This document shows, in pieces, positions 1 to 11,060 of a stretch of 26,482 bases of DNA. Made by a program: the position numbers and the translations under genes. This DNA is from Anthoceros angustus. Its lineage: Eukaryota; Plantae; Anthocerotophyta. A model generated the notes under the pieces. The model was not told where the DNA came from and made no database searches. It saw only the letters and a program-made list of their open reading frames with translations. Every line of letters starts with the position of its first letter. Position 1 is the first letter of the stretch. Where the stretch lies: positions 1 through 26,482 of the forward strand of contig VJWM01000378.1 of NCBI GenBank assembly GCA_010909165.1. The letters run 5' to 3'.

Positions 1-203
1 TAAATGATATCTTGTACTCTATCTCGACTTAGACAAAGGGCTTCAATGAGACAACATACTTGTGCCTCTAAAACATCAATCTGAGGAGAATTGAGGTCAA
101 ACTCCTCCTGAATGTAAGAAGATTTGATTTGATGTTGTTTCTTCTTCTTTGAAGCCTTGATCTTCCTCCTAAATTCTTGTCTGCTTGGATTAAAGGAATC
201 CAT
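1..203 (-). CDS. Partial ORF, probable gag N-terminus (MDSFNPSRQEFRRKIK...QIDVLEAQVCCLIEAL...)
   Basis: Minus-strand ATG at 203, open for 67 codons to the window edge, ~190 nt downstream of the PBS; not in the supplied ORF track. No recognisable gag motif in the visible part. Confidence 0.45.
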   Translation of the reverse strand, partial: MDSFNPSRQEFRRKIKASKKKKQHQIKSSYIQEEFDLNSPQIDVLEAQVCCLIEALCLSRDRVQDII

Positions 204-391
204 GGAGAGCAGACAAGAAATTGATGCACAATGTGTGCATCATTGTGCGCTGGTCACCAGATGATTGCTGCTGAAGGCGAAATCTCCACGCTGCATTATC
301 TTCATTTGAAGTACTACAAACGCAAAAGCATTGGAGAGAAAATTGCCTAGAGCATAAGGAAGCAGAGGTGCTCAAGCACAAAGAGCTAAAT

Positions 392-403
392 GCTCTGATA
401 CCA
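392..403 (-). other. Primer-binding site complementary to initiator tRNA-Met
   Basis: Plus strand GCTCTGATACCA = minus strand TGGTATCAGAGC, directly after the LTR terminal CA. Confidence 0.9.
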
Positions 404-650
404 TGATGAGAATCAATAGCTCTTAGATAGAAGAGAAACAATGGAATGAATTGATTAATGAGTAAAGTACAAGCCTTTAAATAGGTTGGTGGTTGGGTGG
501 TTACAACAATATGTTGTAACCATAAGAAGTTGCAACCATAAGTTGTTGCAACTATAAGTTGTTGTAACTAACTACCTAAAGCCCTAGCTCTAAATTAATG
601 TTTAAGTAATGAGGCCCTAATGAATAGTGCCCTAAGCTAGACCTATTTCA
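404..650 (-). repeat. LTR family A, 5' LTR (247 bp)
   Basis: TGA...TCA termini, TATA-like CCTATTTAAAGG on the minus strand near 473-484, ~16-bp TAACCATAAG/GTTGCAAC repeats at ~500-575; homologous to 24401-24676. Confidence 0.85.
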
Positions 651-1249
651 CTTCACCGGCGGTCACCAAGATAATTCTAATCGGCCGCCTACCATCCTAT
701 TCCCATCTCCCTATCTCGTCGGAATGGAAGGTCCGGTTCCTTGGGATTGGTGGTCCAATCTCCGTCTCGACAGTTGCGGCGACCCAATCGATGATCCGCG
801 AGGCGGACCCTTCTCCCGAATCCGCCGTTGTTACCGGGCGGCGGTCCGACGACCGCTGCTACCACAACGCTATCCTCCTCGGCCTCCTGGGTCCTCTCCT
901 GGGGCCACACATCCGCTTCCCTAGCGTAAGTCGGCGGGGCTCCTCATCGCCAAGTCCTGACCTCGAGGTCCGGGTCCTCGACTGAGTCTCAACCTGTGAG
1001 TCCGCGAGCTGAGTCCCCTGGTCCGCCTGTTTCGGGTTCGACCTCGTGGTCCGACTTATTACCGGGTCCGTCCCCAAGCTCCGGACCCCTTATCCTGTGG
1101 ACCTCAGATCGCTAGGTCCTCCTCCCCCGACCCTTGTCTTGGGTCGTTGGCCCTCCTTCGCGCCTTTCAGGCTGCCACCTCCTTCTCCGAGCAGTTGCGT
1201 GAACTTACCGGGGTCCAAGGCCCCGCCTCCTCTTGAGGCTCTTCTCCTC

Positions 1250-4090
1250 ATTGCTGTCTCCAAACAGGCCCCTAGAGTCCCTGTGGCCCCCATGCCCTTC
1301 TTCCCGAGCCTTCCAGGGTCCGTATTTGCTGGGCGCCGAGAGGCTCTACCGCTTCGGAGCTCGTGGTAATAGGCAAAGTCCGAATCCACTTGTTGATTGC
1401 TCTTCCACGGTGCCCGAGCACCCGATACTCCTTCGCCATAGGTGCTCCGGAGCCGAGCGTGCCGCCTTGTTGACCACCTCCCCGCCAGTTTGATAGCCGA
1501 GCCGCCGCACGCGAGGCCGCAAGGGCCGCCGCCACCTCCCCGCAACCGCCGTTTCCACCGCCCAACTCCCTTCGCTCACCGCTACCACCATAACGCAGCT
1601 GCTCCTTCCGCCTTCCTCAACTGGACCAGCAGCTTCTTGTCCGCCTCAGGTTTCTCCCTCTCCGCCCATTCTGGCCGTTAACTCCGCCATCTCCTCTCTG
1701 CATTTGGCCGGCAATCTCAGATCATGGGCTTCGCCAGTTCCTTCTCCATCTCCGACGCCCCGCCTCCTGCTCCATCGCCAGACCGACCGTCCGCCAATGT
1801 AGCCGGAGCCGCTTATTTCCTTGCTCCGCGACCATGTCCTCGCACTACCATTCCTCAATGGTAGTTTGAGTCAGCCCAAGGTCTCCTTGCGTCTTCCATC
1901 TCCCGCCGCCCACCTCACTGAGCCGAGTCCGAGATCCCATCTCCTTGTCGCGAACTTCCGGCCTCGGCCGGTCCGCGCTGCTCCGCCTCGCCCATCTTCG
2001 TGCAGAGCCGAGGCGCCATCTCCGTCAAGTCTTGGATTCTCTTGAGAACCCCTTGCTGCCGACGCTGCCTTGAGTTGTAACTCCAAGGTGTCCTTGCCGG
2101 CCTCCAGCCTCCGCCGCCTCCTTCTACCTCCTCGCACTGCGCCCCGAGGTCCTCGGTGTCATTTCGTGACGGTTCGTCTGCTTGTTTCCGCCGCACCGCT
2201 GGCCTTCAGATTGGCCGTATACCTCACCGCCTCCTCCACCGCCCGATCACGCCTGATAGTGATCGCGGCCGCTGCGTGGCTTCCGCCTCCTGGCCACCTT
2301 CACCCCGAGCCTTCCTGGCTCGTCGGCCGCCTCCGCCAGTCCCGAGCCTCGCTTGCGCCCGGCCTCTTCCGCCTCCCCGGCCACCCCCTCCGCCTCCGCA
2401 GAGGTCCTCACGGCCTCAGCTGCCTCACCGCCTCCAGAAGGAATTTAGTCCGTCCTTGGATGGACCAGACTTCACCTCCCGCTTCCTTCCTCAATCCGCC
2501 GAGAGCCTTCCTTCTCGCCTCCGGCCCCTCCAACCGCCTCGGAGGAGTACCATGCGCCCGTGGCTTCTACCTCCGGGTCTTCGGCCATCCCAGAGATTCT
2601 AAAGCATACCGTCCCATGACGGTAGCTGTGACCGCCGTGTTTCTTCCACGGCCGCCGTGAGGCTCCCACAAAGTCCGTGAGGGGAGCTCACGGCCTGTGG
2701 ACCTCCATACTGCAGTCTGAAGTCCGACTGGGTTCTCTGGACCTAATCAGACCCTTAGGTCCCCGAGGCCGAGCCCGAGCTTCACCCTCCTTGGCCCTTT
2801 TGGCATGAGCTCCTTCTCCGCCTTTTCTCCTGGGCCTGAGGAGGAGGGGGGTCCGGAGCAAGCCCTTTGCCCTTCCTGCCGGGCGACAGACTGCTCCGGT
2901 GCGCCGCTGTCCTCCGCCTCGGCGGCCTTCGCCTCCTTACCGCTTCCTCCGCTTCTTGCACCCGCAAGGTGGCACCGGCACCACCGAGGTGCACAGACGC
3001 CTGCCTTGCCTTCTGCCTCCCTCCTCGGTCCGGCCCGTCGTGGTTGTGGCCGCGGGCTATTGGCGGGGGCCCGCCGACTGGCCCCGGTTGGGGCACTGTG
3101 GAGGAGGGAAGCGAATTTCTCCCATACTCGGTGGTGAGGGGTCCGCCTGCACGTATGGAGTCCGGACCCTCCCGCCTCCTCCCGGTCCGCTTGGCCTTCG
3201 GGGTCGGCCCCACCCCGGCGCCTTTGCCCGCCTCCACTTCCGGGCCTCCTTTCCGAGCGCCGCCAAGCTCCTCCTTCAGAGTCAAATGTCCCCATACATG
3301 GATCGTGCATGGGACCCTGATGGCGAGGCTTCTGGCCCGAGCTTATGGCCTCCGACTAAACCGGGCAAGATAATCCTTCCCCCCGCCTTCTTCCTCGCAG
3401 AGCGCATGCAGAATACTAACAGTTATCACCAAGGTGATCCACCTGAGTGTTCCAATGGACAATGATCCGGCTACCTTACTCGATCCCAGCGGTCGGATAT
3501 CAACCATCCGCTGGTGGTCCGCGGCCCCAGCCTCAAAGATCGCTGCTGGCCCTATCTTCCCTTCGCCTTGAGGGGCCCGCACCACCTTCTTCCTCCTTTG
3601 GGCGGTTGTAGGCCGCCTCAGACCTCCAAGGTCCATCGCCTGGGTCCTCCCGAGGTTCTGACCGCACCTCCTTGTTGACCGCCAACATCTTCCGGCGAAC
3701 TCGACTGTGACTGCCTTCAACGCTGCACTGCCGAACACATCCAGTGCCACTCCACCACCTCCCGCCTCCCGCCAGTGGCCCAAAGTCCGGATAGCGCCGG
3801 TCACAATGTTGCGCCCACGAGGTTCCATGGCTCCCAAACTTCCGCAGCTTTTGGGTGCCATCGCCTGCCTCCTCGGCTGTAGCCGACGAGTTCACCGGCA
3901 CGATGCGCCTCCGCCGCGCTTCTCCAACCCCGGCGGAACTACGCCAAGGTGCCGGGCGCTCAAGAGATAGCGCCAGAGAGCCGCTGCGAGCGCAGAGATC
4001 GAGAATTGTCTCGAGGTCACGAATGACCTTCCTTCGCCGCCGGAGTAACCGGGCTGAAGGCGCCCGTCTGAATCGCGAGGTCCGCATGGC
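1250..4090 (-). pseudogene. Frameshifted extra ORF class B, copy 1 (retroelement accessory protein)
   Basis: Peptide pieces RNIVT, RYPDFG, LAVNKEVRS, AYNRP, KKLLVQLRKAEG and VDSDFAYYH match the plus-strand copy at 21587-24400. Ends are approximate. Confidence 0.65.
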
Positions 4091-5450
4091 TTATTCTCGA
4101 CTTACGCCTCCGCTTACTCGCCTTACGCTGCATTGCCACGCCGCTGCACGCGGGCGTGAATACTGCTATAACGGCCTCGGTACATGGCCCGCCACGCGAT
4201 GCCCGCCTCCACTGTGGCCATCCACGTGGCGCCGCAGTCCTCCTCACACTCTAAGTTACTCGTACTTATCTCGCTTGACCTCGGGAGTGGTCGGACTTAT
4301 CCTGCTACTCGACGAGTCCGTGCTCGCCATAGTAGGTCCGGGGTACGTTGCCCACTCCCGGGAGTATACTCCGAGTGCATCCGAGTGCTATCCGGCTTAT
4401 TCCTCCCTTTTCCGCCTCTTATTTTATCCTCCTCACAGAAAACAAAACCCTAGTTATTTTAACCCCAGGGAGTCCGTAGTCCACATGTGAAGCTGCGGCA
4501 TGTCAATTTCCACCCTCCCGAGTCCGATCCTCCGGCTAGACTTACCTCTTGCGCCACCTCCTTGGTGACGCTCCTTCCTTAACCTATCTCCTTGCCCTTG
4601 GTCATGGTAGGCTTGGTCATGGCCTCCTTGGTTAGTACTTGCGAAATTGAAGAAAGAGATGCTTCTCAGTTACGCGACGCTACCGACTTCCCTATCCATT
4701 GCAGGCGTTTCTCCTCCTTAGCGATTTGCTCCTGCTCACAGCGCAAAGGTCCTTGTCCTCGCTCCTCTCAGCCCTTACACCTTGGCGTCCTAAAAACCCC
4801 AATTTTCTCATGCAAGAGTAAGCTCACCAAAATTCCCTAACGGACTTTACACTGGGCACATTTAGGAGCCTCCCTCACGGTTTCTAGCAATCACCTTACG
4901 CTCCACCCTCCTAGGCACCCTCACGAGCTTGGCAAGTGTTGGGTTGCGCCCCAACCTTCTTCTCCTTCTCTTCTTCCTCCTCCTCTCCTCTCTTGGGCTG
5001 GGTTCGCCTCCTTCTTGAGCTTGCGCCTTCTTCTCCTCCTCCTCGGCCGCAGGCGGCGTGTGCAGTGCGTTGCTGTATGGGGGCCTTGGGAAGCTTGAGA
5101 TGTGGCGGCGCCTTCCTGCTGTGAGGCCGTCTCCTTAAGTTTCTGAGTTGTGGCCTCCTGCAGGCACCTGCAGCCACTTTTATAAGTCACCCAAGGGTTA
5201 GAAAAAGTAACTACCATTCTATCCTGCCCTTGGATGTGTGCCACGTGGCCCCTCTCCCACCATTGATGTTAGTTTCCTAATTTCCTTATACTAAAATACC
5301 AATTTCCCTATTTTTCTAATTTCTAATTACTGAAAATTAGCCTCTAATTTCTTAATTACCTATTTTGGCCTATTTATCTAGTCCACTAAAAGACCCTATA
5401 TATAGCAAGCCTATCCCTAAAACATAAGCTACTTCCTTAGAAACCTATCT

Positions 5451-5689
5451 CCTACGTGGTAGGACATCCTCCTACCATGGTAGGCGTTTTCCCTTCTCCT
5501 ACCACGGTAGGAGTTTCCTGGCGGTAGGATACCTTCCTACCCTCTCCTACCATGGTAGGAGCTATTCCTACCGGTAGGTGATCAAAACTAGCGGGGTCAT
5601 TCTCCTACGGTGGTAGGATCTCTCCTACCCTCGTCTACCATGGTAGGAGTTTCTCCTGGTGGTAGGACACCTCCTACCACTCATGTAGG
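5451..5689. repeat. Array of ~10 palindromic CCTACC-N2-GGTAGG units
   Basis: Examples: CCTACCATGGTAGG 5471-5484 and 5546-5559, CCTACCACGGTAGG 5498-5511, CCTACCGGTAGG 5567-5578, CCTACGGTGGTAGG 5604-5617, CTACCATGGTAG 5635-5646. Confidence 0.9.
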
Positions 5690-5885
5690 TTACCTTTTCT
5701 CCTCACCGGTCGTTTTGACCCGTTTCTTTTCCTGCATATCCTCTTTGCCTTCCGACATGGTCCTACAACTCCGCTCAAAAGGAGCAAAAATTTCCTTGCA
5801 TGTCTTCACCAAACCATTTCTAAAGAGTGTGGGCTGTTTCAAAGCGAACTCATTGAGCTTGTTGCCCAAACTTTTTTCCACGAAT

Positions 5886-6830
5886 CTTGAGGATACTTGT
5901 GGCCTTGGCCCCTCTTCATCCACAGGTCGGCGCAGGAGCTTCTCGCAACCCGTGTATATAGGCCTCATACATTATGGTGCCCCAATCCGCTCCTCGCGAA
6001 ATCTTCCACAAGAAGCCCGGAGGAAGTTGGTGTTGAAGTAAGAGGTCCGTTGGTAATTCTGTGAGGGACAATCTTAGCAAGAGCCGTCATTTCAGCTCCT
6101 TGATCTTGTCCGTCTTCCAGCCATTCTTGGCGTGGGCTTCACTCCTCCGTCCATCATGTCGAGGACCTCCTGCAGGATTTCAGAAGGGAAATCCTCTTCC
6201 CATTCGTCCTCTCGGGAGGCGATTCTCGAGCTCTCCCTCCCTTGTACACTTGGCAGATGCTCGTTTGTCCGTGCCAGCGGATCGGTCGGCGTTCCCTCTT
6301 GGCGGGCAAGGCGCTCTACGATTGATGGAGGTTGATGTAACACTCCTCAATCAACTCCAAATTGGTGTAGGCCATGGCGACCACACCATCCCAGTGGATG
6401 TTATCCTCCTCAGTCACTTTGCTAAAATCTACCAAATCCACAGGATTGAGTTTTACCACAAAAGCACATGGAAATTGTCTCAAAATCGCCTCCTCTGGCG
6501 ACCCCTCTGCCTTCTTGCCCTTTCCTCCTCTTGAGGGGCAGCCTTGGCGGCACCTTCCCCTTGCCCCTAGCCGCTCGGGCATGGCAGCACCTTATTCTGG
6601 CGCTTGCAAGGAAGAGTACTTCGATTCTGATCTTTGGTATCCTCAGCTTTGCTCTCAAATTGCTCCTCCTCTTGGCGGCCGACCCATGACACAAGCTGCA
6701 ATCGTTAAACACAGTTGTTGCTTCAGTTCGCGCCAATTATCCTCGAGGTCTCTCCAGCCGGGCGGGCGCCAACAATGAGCGGCGTTCCTCATGCCCTCAA
6801 TTCACTTGTACGCCTCGAGTGCTCCATCCT
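5886..6830 (-). pseudogene. Extra ORF class X fragment, copy 1
   Basis: Encodes AYTNLELIEECYINLHQS, EILQEVLDMMDGGVK and related pieces; clearly homologous at DNA level to 7850-8500. Confidence 0.65.
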
Positions 6831-6832
6831 GA

Positions 6833-7785
6833 TTGGGTACTCCATTGCCTCCATATGTGAAACTTTCAAGCGCGGATTGCCCAAGCTACGAGGAGGACAA
6901 AGCTGAAATGGAGAAGGTCCCATACTCATCCATGTGGGGAGTTTGATGTATGCAATGATTGCTACACGTCCGACATTGCCTTTGCGGTGGGAGTGGTTAG
7001 CAGGTTTATGTCAAACCAAAGCAGGAAGCATTGGGAGGCAGTAAAAGGACTTATGAGGTATCTGAATGGTACAAAAGCTTTGTGCATATGTTTTGGTAGT
7101 GAAGATGCATGTGTGGTTGGGTACGGATCGATTATCACGAGGATATGGACAAAGGAGGTCCACATCGAGTTATGTCTTCACGTGCCTTTGGAGGCGATCT
7201 CATGGCGATCTCGTTTGCGATCGTGCATTCGCTATCTACCACGAGTATGTTGCGACAGAGGCTTGCAAGGAAGCCATATGGCTTGCTCGTTTAGTGGGAG
7301 ACTTGGGGATCAAGGTTGAGTGCCGGTGTTGCATTGTGATAGCAGTGCTATCAATTGGCAAAGAATCCGATGTTTCATGCGAAGACTAAACATGTGGATG
7401 TGAAGTATCACTTCATTCGAGAGGTGTTGGATGACGAGGGTACAACTTGTCAAGGTTCACACCGGCGAACCTATGAGATATTCTTACCAAGGGACTCTCT
7501 ACAGACAATTTGCACAAGCTCGGACAGATGGGCATGAGATAGTCCATTCTCCTAAGGTAAATTGGCCTTTAAGTGGGAGGTTGTAAGGGTATTAAAGCCC
7601 AATGTACTTAGACTAATACACTTAGTCTAAGTTAGGTGTCGATTAAGTATCATTAGTTTAGCTTAAGCTAATCACTAGGAAGCTTCTTGTGCTCCTTCCT
7701 AGGGGCTTCTTGTGGAGCTTCCTAGGGAGCCCTATTGGAGGGTATAAATACCCTCCAAGCCTCATCTCAATGTGAGAGAGTTACA
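6833..7785 (+). mobile_element. 3' fragment of a Ty1/copia element: RT C-terminus, RNase H, PPT and 3' LTR
   Basis: Frameshifted GTPLPPYVKLSSADCP, KVPYSS, VGVVSRFMS, HWEAVK, RRSTSSYVF, EYVATEACKEAIWL, KTKHVDVKYHFIRE; PPT AAGTGGGAGGT 7571-7581 followed by TGTAAGGG. Confidence 0.9.
7582..7785 (+). repeat. Copia 3' LTR (start firm, end tentative)
   Basis: Starts TGTAA right after the PPT; TATAAATA at 7743-7750; candidate end TTACA at 7785 is a perfect inverted match to the start. Confidence 0.6.
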
Positions 7786-8700
7786 CTTGCCTCCTCCTCT
7801 CCTCTCCTCTTTCCACCATCATGTGCTGCCACACGATCCTTCAATAACAGGGCCTTGGCCCTTCCTCATCCACCGAATTTGGCATAAGGAGTTTCTCCCT
7901 GTGATGTATGTAGGCCTCATACATAATCGTCCCTCAATCCAGCTTAGCTCCTCGCGAAATCTTCCACAAGAACTGGAGGAAGTTGGTGCTGAAATAAGAC
8001 GTCCGTTGGTAATTCACCAACCCCAACACAATCTTCGCAAAGAGCCTCCACTTCAGCTCCTTGATGCTATCCGTCTTCCAGCCATTCTTGGCGTGGGCCT
8101 TCACTCCTCCGTCCATCATATCCAGGACCTCCTGCGGAATTTCTGTGAGGGAAATCCTCTTCCCTCCATTCGTCCTCTCGAGGAGAGCAATTCCTGAGCT
8201 CTCCTCCTCCGGTCTCCCATACACCTGTCAAATGCTCCGGACCGTCCAACAGCGGGGATCAGTCCGGGCATTCCTCTCCGGTAATGCGGCAAGAGCTGCC
8301 TCCGATTGATGGAGATTGATGTAGCACTCCTCGATCAATTCCAAATTGGTGTAGGCCCATTGGCGGCCATACACCCATCCTAATTGGATGTTTTCCTCCT
8401 CCGCCCATTGCCTAAAATCTACCAAATCCCGAGATTGAGCTGCCCGCAAAGCACGTAAATTGGGGCATCTCGACCTCACCCCCTCCTGGCGGCGCAGCCT
8501 CCGCTGCTGCCTTCTTTCCTTTCCCTCCTCGCGAGGAGGAGCCCTTGGCAGGCGGTTCCTTCCCCTTGCCTTTCCCTGCTCGAGGCATGGCGCCTTTCCC
8601 TTCTCCAAGTGCTTCAAAGGAAGGGAATTACTCTCCAATTTGAGAGCTTCAAAATTCCACACCTAAACGCACCCCTTTCTTATTGTGGCCCTTATTGTGG
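7786..8700 (-). pseudogene. Extra ORF class X, copy 2
   Basis: QWAYTNLELIEECYINLHQS...EIPQEVLDMMDGGVKAHAKNGWKTDSIKELKWRLFAKIVLGLVNYQRTSYFSTNFLQFLWKISRGAKLD; lies in sense orientation downstream of the integrase. Confidence 0.65.
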
Positions 8701-9804
8701 CAACAACACTCACCCTGCAACACATGTTAGCCCTGGCTTGAGTTCTCCAGCTGCTGCCAACCTCCTCTTTGTGGTTCTTCCTCCAGGACAGGGTGTCGTC
8801 AGCGAGGTGTCGCGATGTTCCTCCTGGCGTCCTTCCTTCCACAATCGCGAGGTCACATGCGCCCCGACTTGGCGCCTCCTGTCCTCGCCCTCCGCTTCCA
8901 GCACTCGTAACGCGCTCCTCGCCACCTCACAGTGTCCGAGAAGCTCCTCGGTGTTCTAGAGCGCTTGGTGCCTGCCTCCTTTTCTTCTTCCTTGCGCCTA
9001 GCTAGGGTTTCCTCTCCTGTTCCAGCTCGCGCGCCGTCCTCCCCTTGTTCGCAAGTCGCGGCGGCAGTGGTGATGGTAGCCTCCCTTTCCTTCTTCTTCT
9101 CCTTCCTCTTACGCTCCAGCTTCAGTCCGTTGCGAAGTGAAGACGCCACAATTCGGAGAGAAAGTTGGTGTTGCCCAAACTGCACTTTGCCTTCCTTGGA
9201 TGACTGCCACCTGGAGGCTTCACAACCCTAGATTTGGTTCATCATTCTAAATTACCTAATCCTATCTAAACTGCCTACTTTCCTATCCTGCCCGCTATCC
9301 CTAATTGATCGCTTGCTAATTACTCTATATATTTATTCCCCTATTGGTGGGCATATATGGTGGATATTCCCCCCTATTCTAATTCCCCTTTCTGGCCGAG
9401 ATCTCGTCAGCCTACCATGGTAGTCGCACTACGTGGTGATCGCGACCTACCGTGTTGATGCGCTCTGATACCTCGTCGACCTTGGTGTGGCTCCCTGGCG
9501 TAGTGTGGCGACCCTCTAGTCGCTACCTACCGCCCTTTCGGGCTGCCTTCCTATCTCATCTAGGGGTCATTTTGACCCGTTTCTTTTCCTGGATATCCTC
9601 CTTGCTTTCCCACCACTACCCTACAACTCCAGCTTCAAAGAATTCAGAAGATTCCCGACATGATCCCCTTCAATCGATTTTAGCCAAAAAAAATCAAATT
9701 CGTCCTTCCTCCGGCTCTTTTGGGCTGGTTGCCCAAACTTTTGCATTCCACATACTCCCCTCCTCACCTGTTTGCGTCCTCGCAAACAAGCCGGGTGAAG
9801 AAGG

Positions 9805-11060
9805 TACTTAACCTTCCACCGTTTACCCTAGTTAGCGTGAAGTCTCCATCCATTTTCGTAATTGCACCGATCCATTCTCGTATACTGCCACTACCTCATA
9901 AGGTCCCATCCATCTCAACCTAAGCTTCCCTGGGAAGTCCAGGTACCGACTATCGTACAGAAGAACCAAATCCCCGGCCACGATAGCCTCCTGCTTCCTT
10001 ACTTTTCCATCATGTCGGTCTTTTCTGAGCTCCTGAATCCGCTGGGTTTCCTCTAAAGCGTCCTCCCTACGTTCCTCCTGTTCTATGAAAGACTCTAACC
10101 TAGCTATCTGGCTATCCTCTACAGTCATGCGCTCATCCTCCATGATCCTATAGGTAGGTACTTCAAATTCCACGGGCATCACAGGAGACATGCCATATGT
10201 TAAATAATATGGAGTCTTCTTTGTGGTTACCTTTTCTGCGGTCCTGTAAGCCCACAATGCTGAATGCAACTTAGCATCCCAATTATACATGTGTGTTACA
10301 GTTACCTTGGTGAGGATTGTGCATAGCAACCCGTTCGTCTTCTCGTCAATCCGTTTGCCTTGGGGTTGTAGGGGTCGTCTTTCGATGTCGGATATTGAAG
10401 TAGGTGGTTAGGGACTCAACGACAGAGTTGAGGAAATGTGTCCCCCGGTCACTGACCAACTCGAAAGGACACCCGTACCTCGTTATGATGTTCTCGAAGA
10501 GAAACTTCGCTACTGCGGGTGCGTCGTCCTTCCTCGTCACTTCTGCTTCCACCATCTTCGTGCAATAGTCCGTGGCCACCAAAATGTACTGCTTCCTTGT
10601 CCACTGGGTAGGTGGCTTGATCGGTCCCACGAAATCGATTCCCCACTTCTCGAATGGTGCTAGCGGTAGTATATAGGCGAGGCCATTGTGCGTGATGTAG
10701 GCACAACCCTCGACCGCATCACACCTCGAATAAATTCCACATCCTTGTGCATTGTAGCCCACGAGCGCATTTAAGATCTTTGGGTCACTGTCTTGAATAG
10801 TGGCGGCCTCTTGCATGCAGTGCCTCCGTGACAAGTGCAGCCTCTTCGACCTCGAGACACCGCCGAATCTTCTCGTCCGGGCCCAGCTTGTATAGGACTC
10901 CTTCCCTTAGACAATAAGGGGCTGCCTTATGGAGAAAAACAACTCGCCCCTCCCTAGACAAACCATCAGGCATGATGCCATGCTCTAGAAATTTTCGTAC
11001 CTCACCATTCAACAGGTATCTTGGGCATGAACGCCCCTCACGTTCTAATCTCCTCCTTTC
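9805..11060 (-). pseudogene. Ty3/gypsy integrase, frameshifted
   Basis: LYKLGPDEKIRRCL, WGIDFVGPI, YILVATDYCTKMVEA, ELVSDRGTHF, ALWAYRTA, TPYYLTYG, LRLRWMGPYEV and RVNGGRL, typical of Athila/Tat integrases. Confidence 0.92.

Larger units (their letters stand above)
1..650 (-). mobile_element. 5' end of a Ty1/copia-like LTR retrotransposon (LTR family A) extending out of the window to the left
   Basis: On the minus strand: LTR TGAAATAGG...CTCATCA (650->404), immediately followed by PBS TGGTATCAGAGC, then a leader and an ORF open to the window edge. Copia assignment rests on the copia-type PPT beside the sister LTR at 24677. Confidence 0.8.
651..5885 (-). mobile_element. 3' portion of an Athila/Tat-like Ty3 element: post-integrase module, AT-rich spacer, leader and extra ORF class B
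   Basis: 5440-5885 is homologous to the post-integrase segments at 9400-9800 and 12300-12650 (TTTTGACCCGTTTCTTTTCC, GTTGCCCAAACTTTT). 1250-4450 is the reverse-complement homolog of 21180-24400. Confidence 0.7.

Noticed and set aside
689-4490. Numerous overlapping Pro/Arg/Gly-rich ORFs on both strands (also 21400-25420)
   Set aside because: Expected by-products of GC-rich sequence and antisense shadows of the frameshifted extra ORF; no recognisable domains.
5451-5689. CRISPR-like array
   Set aside because: Spacers are only a few to ~25 nt and irregular, units are degenerate, there are no cas genes, and the context is a eukaryotic retroelement.
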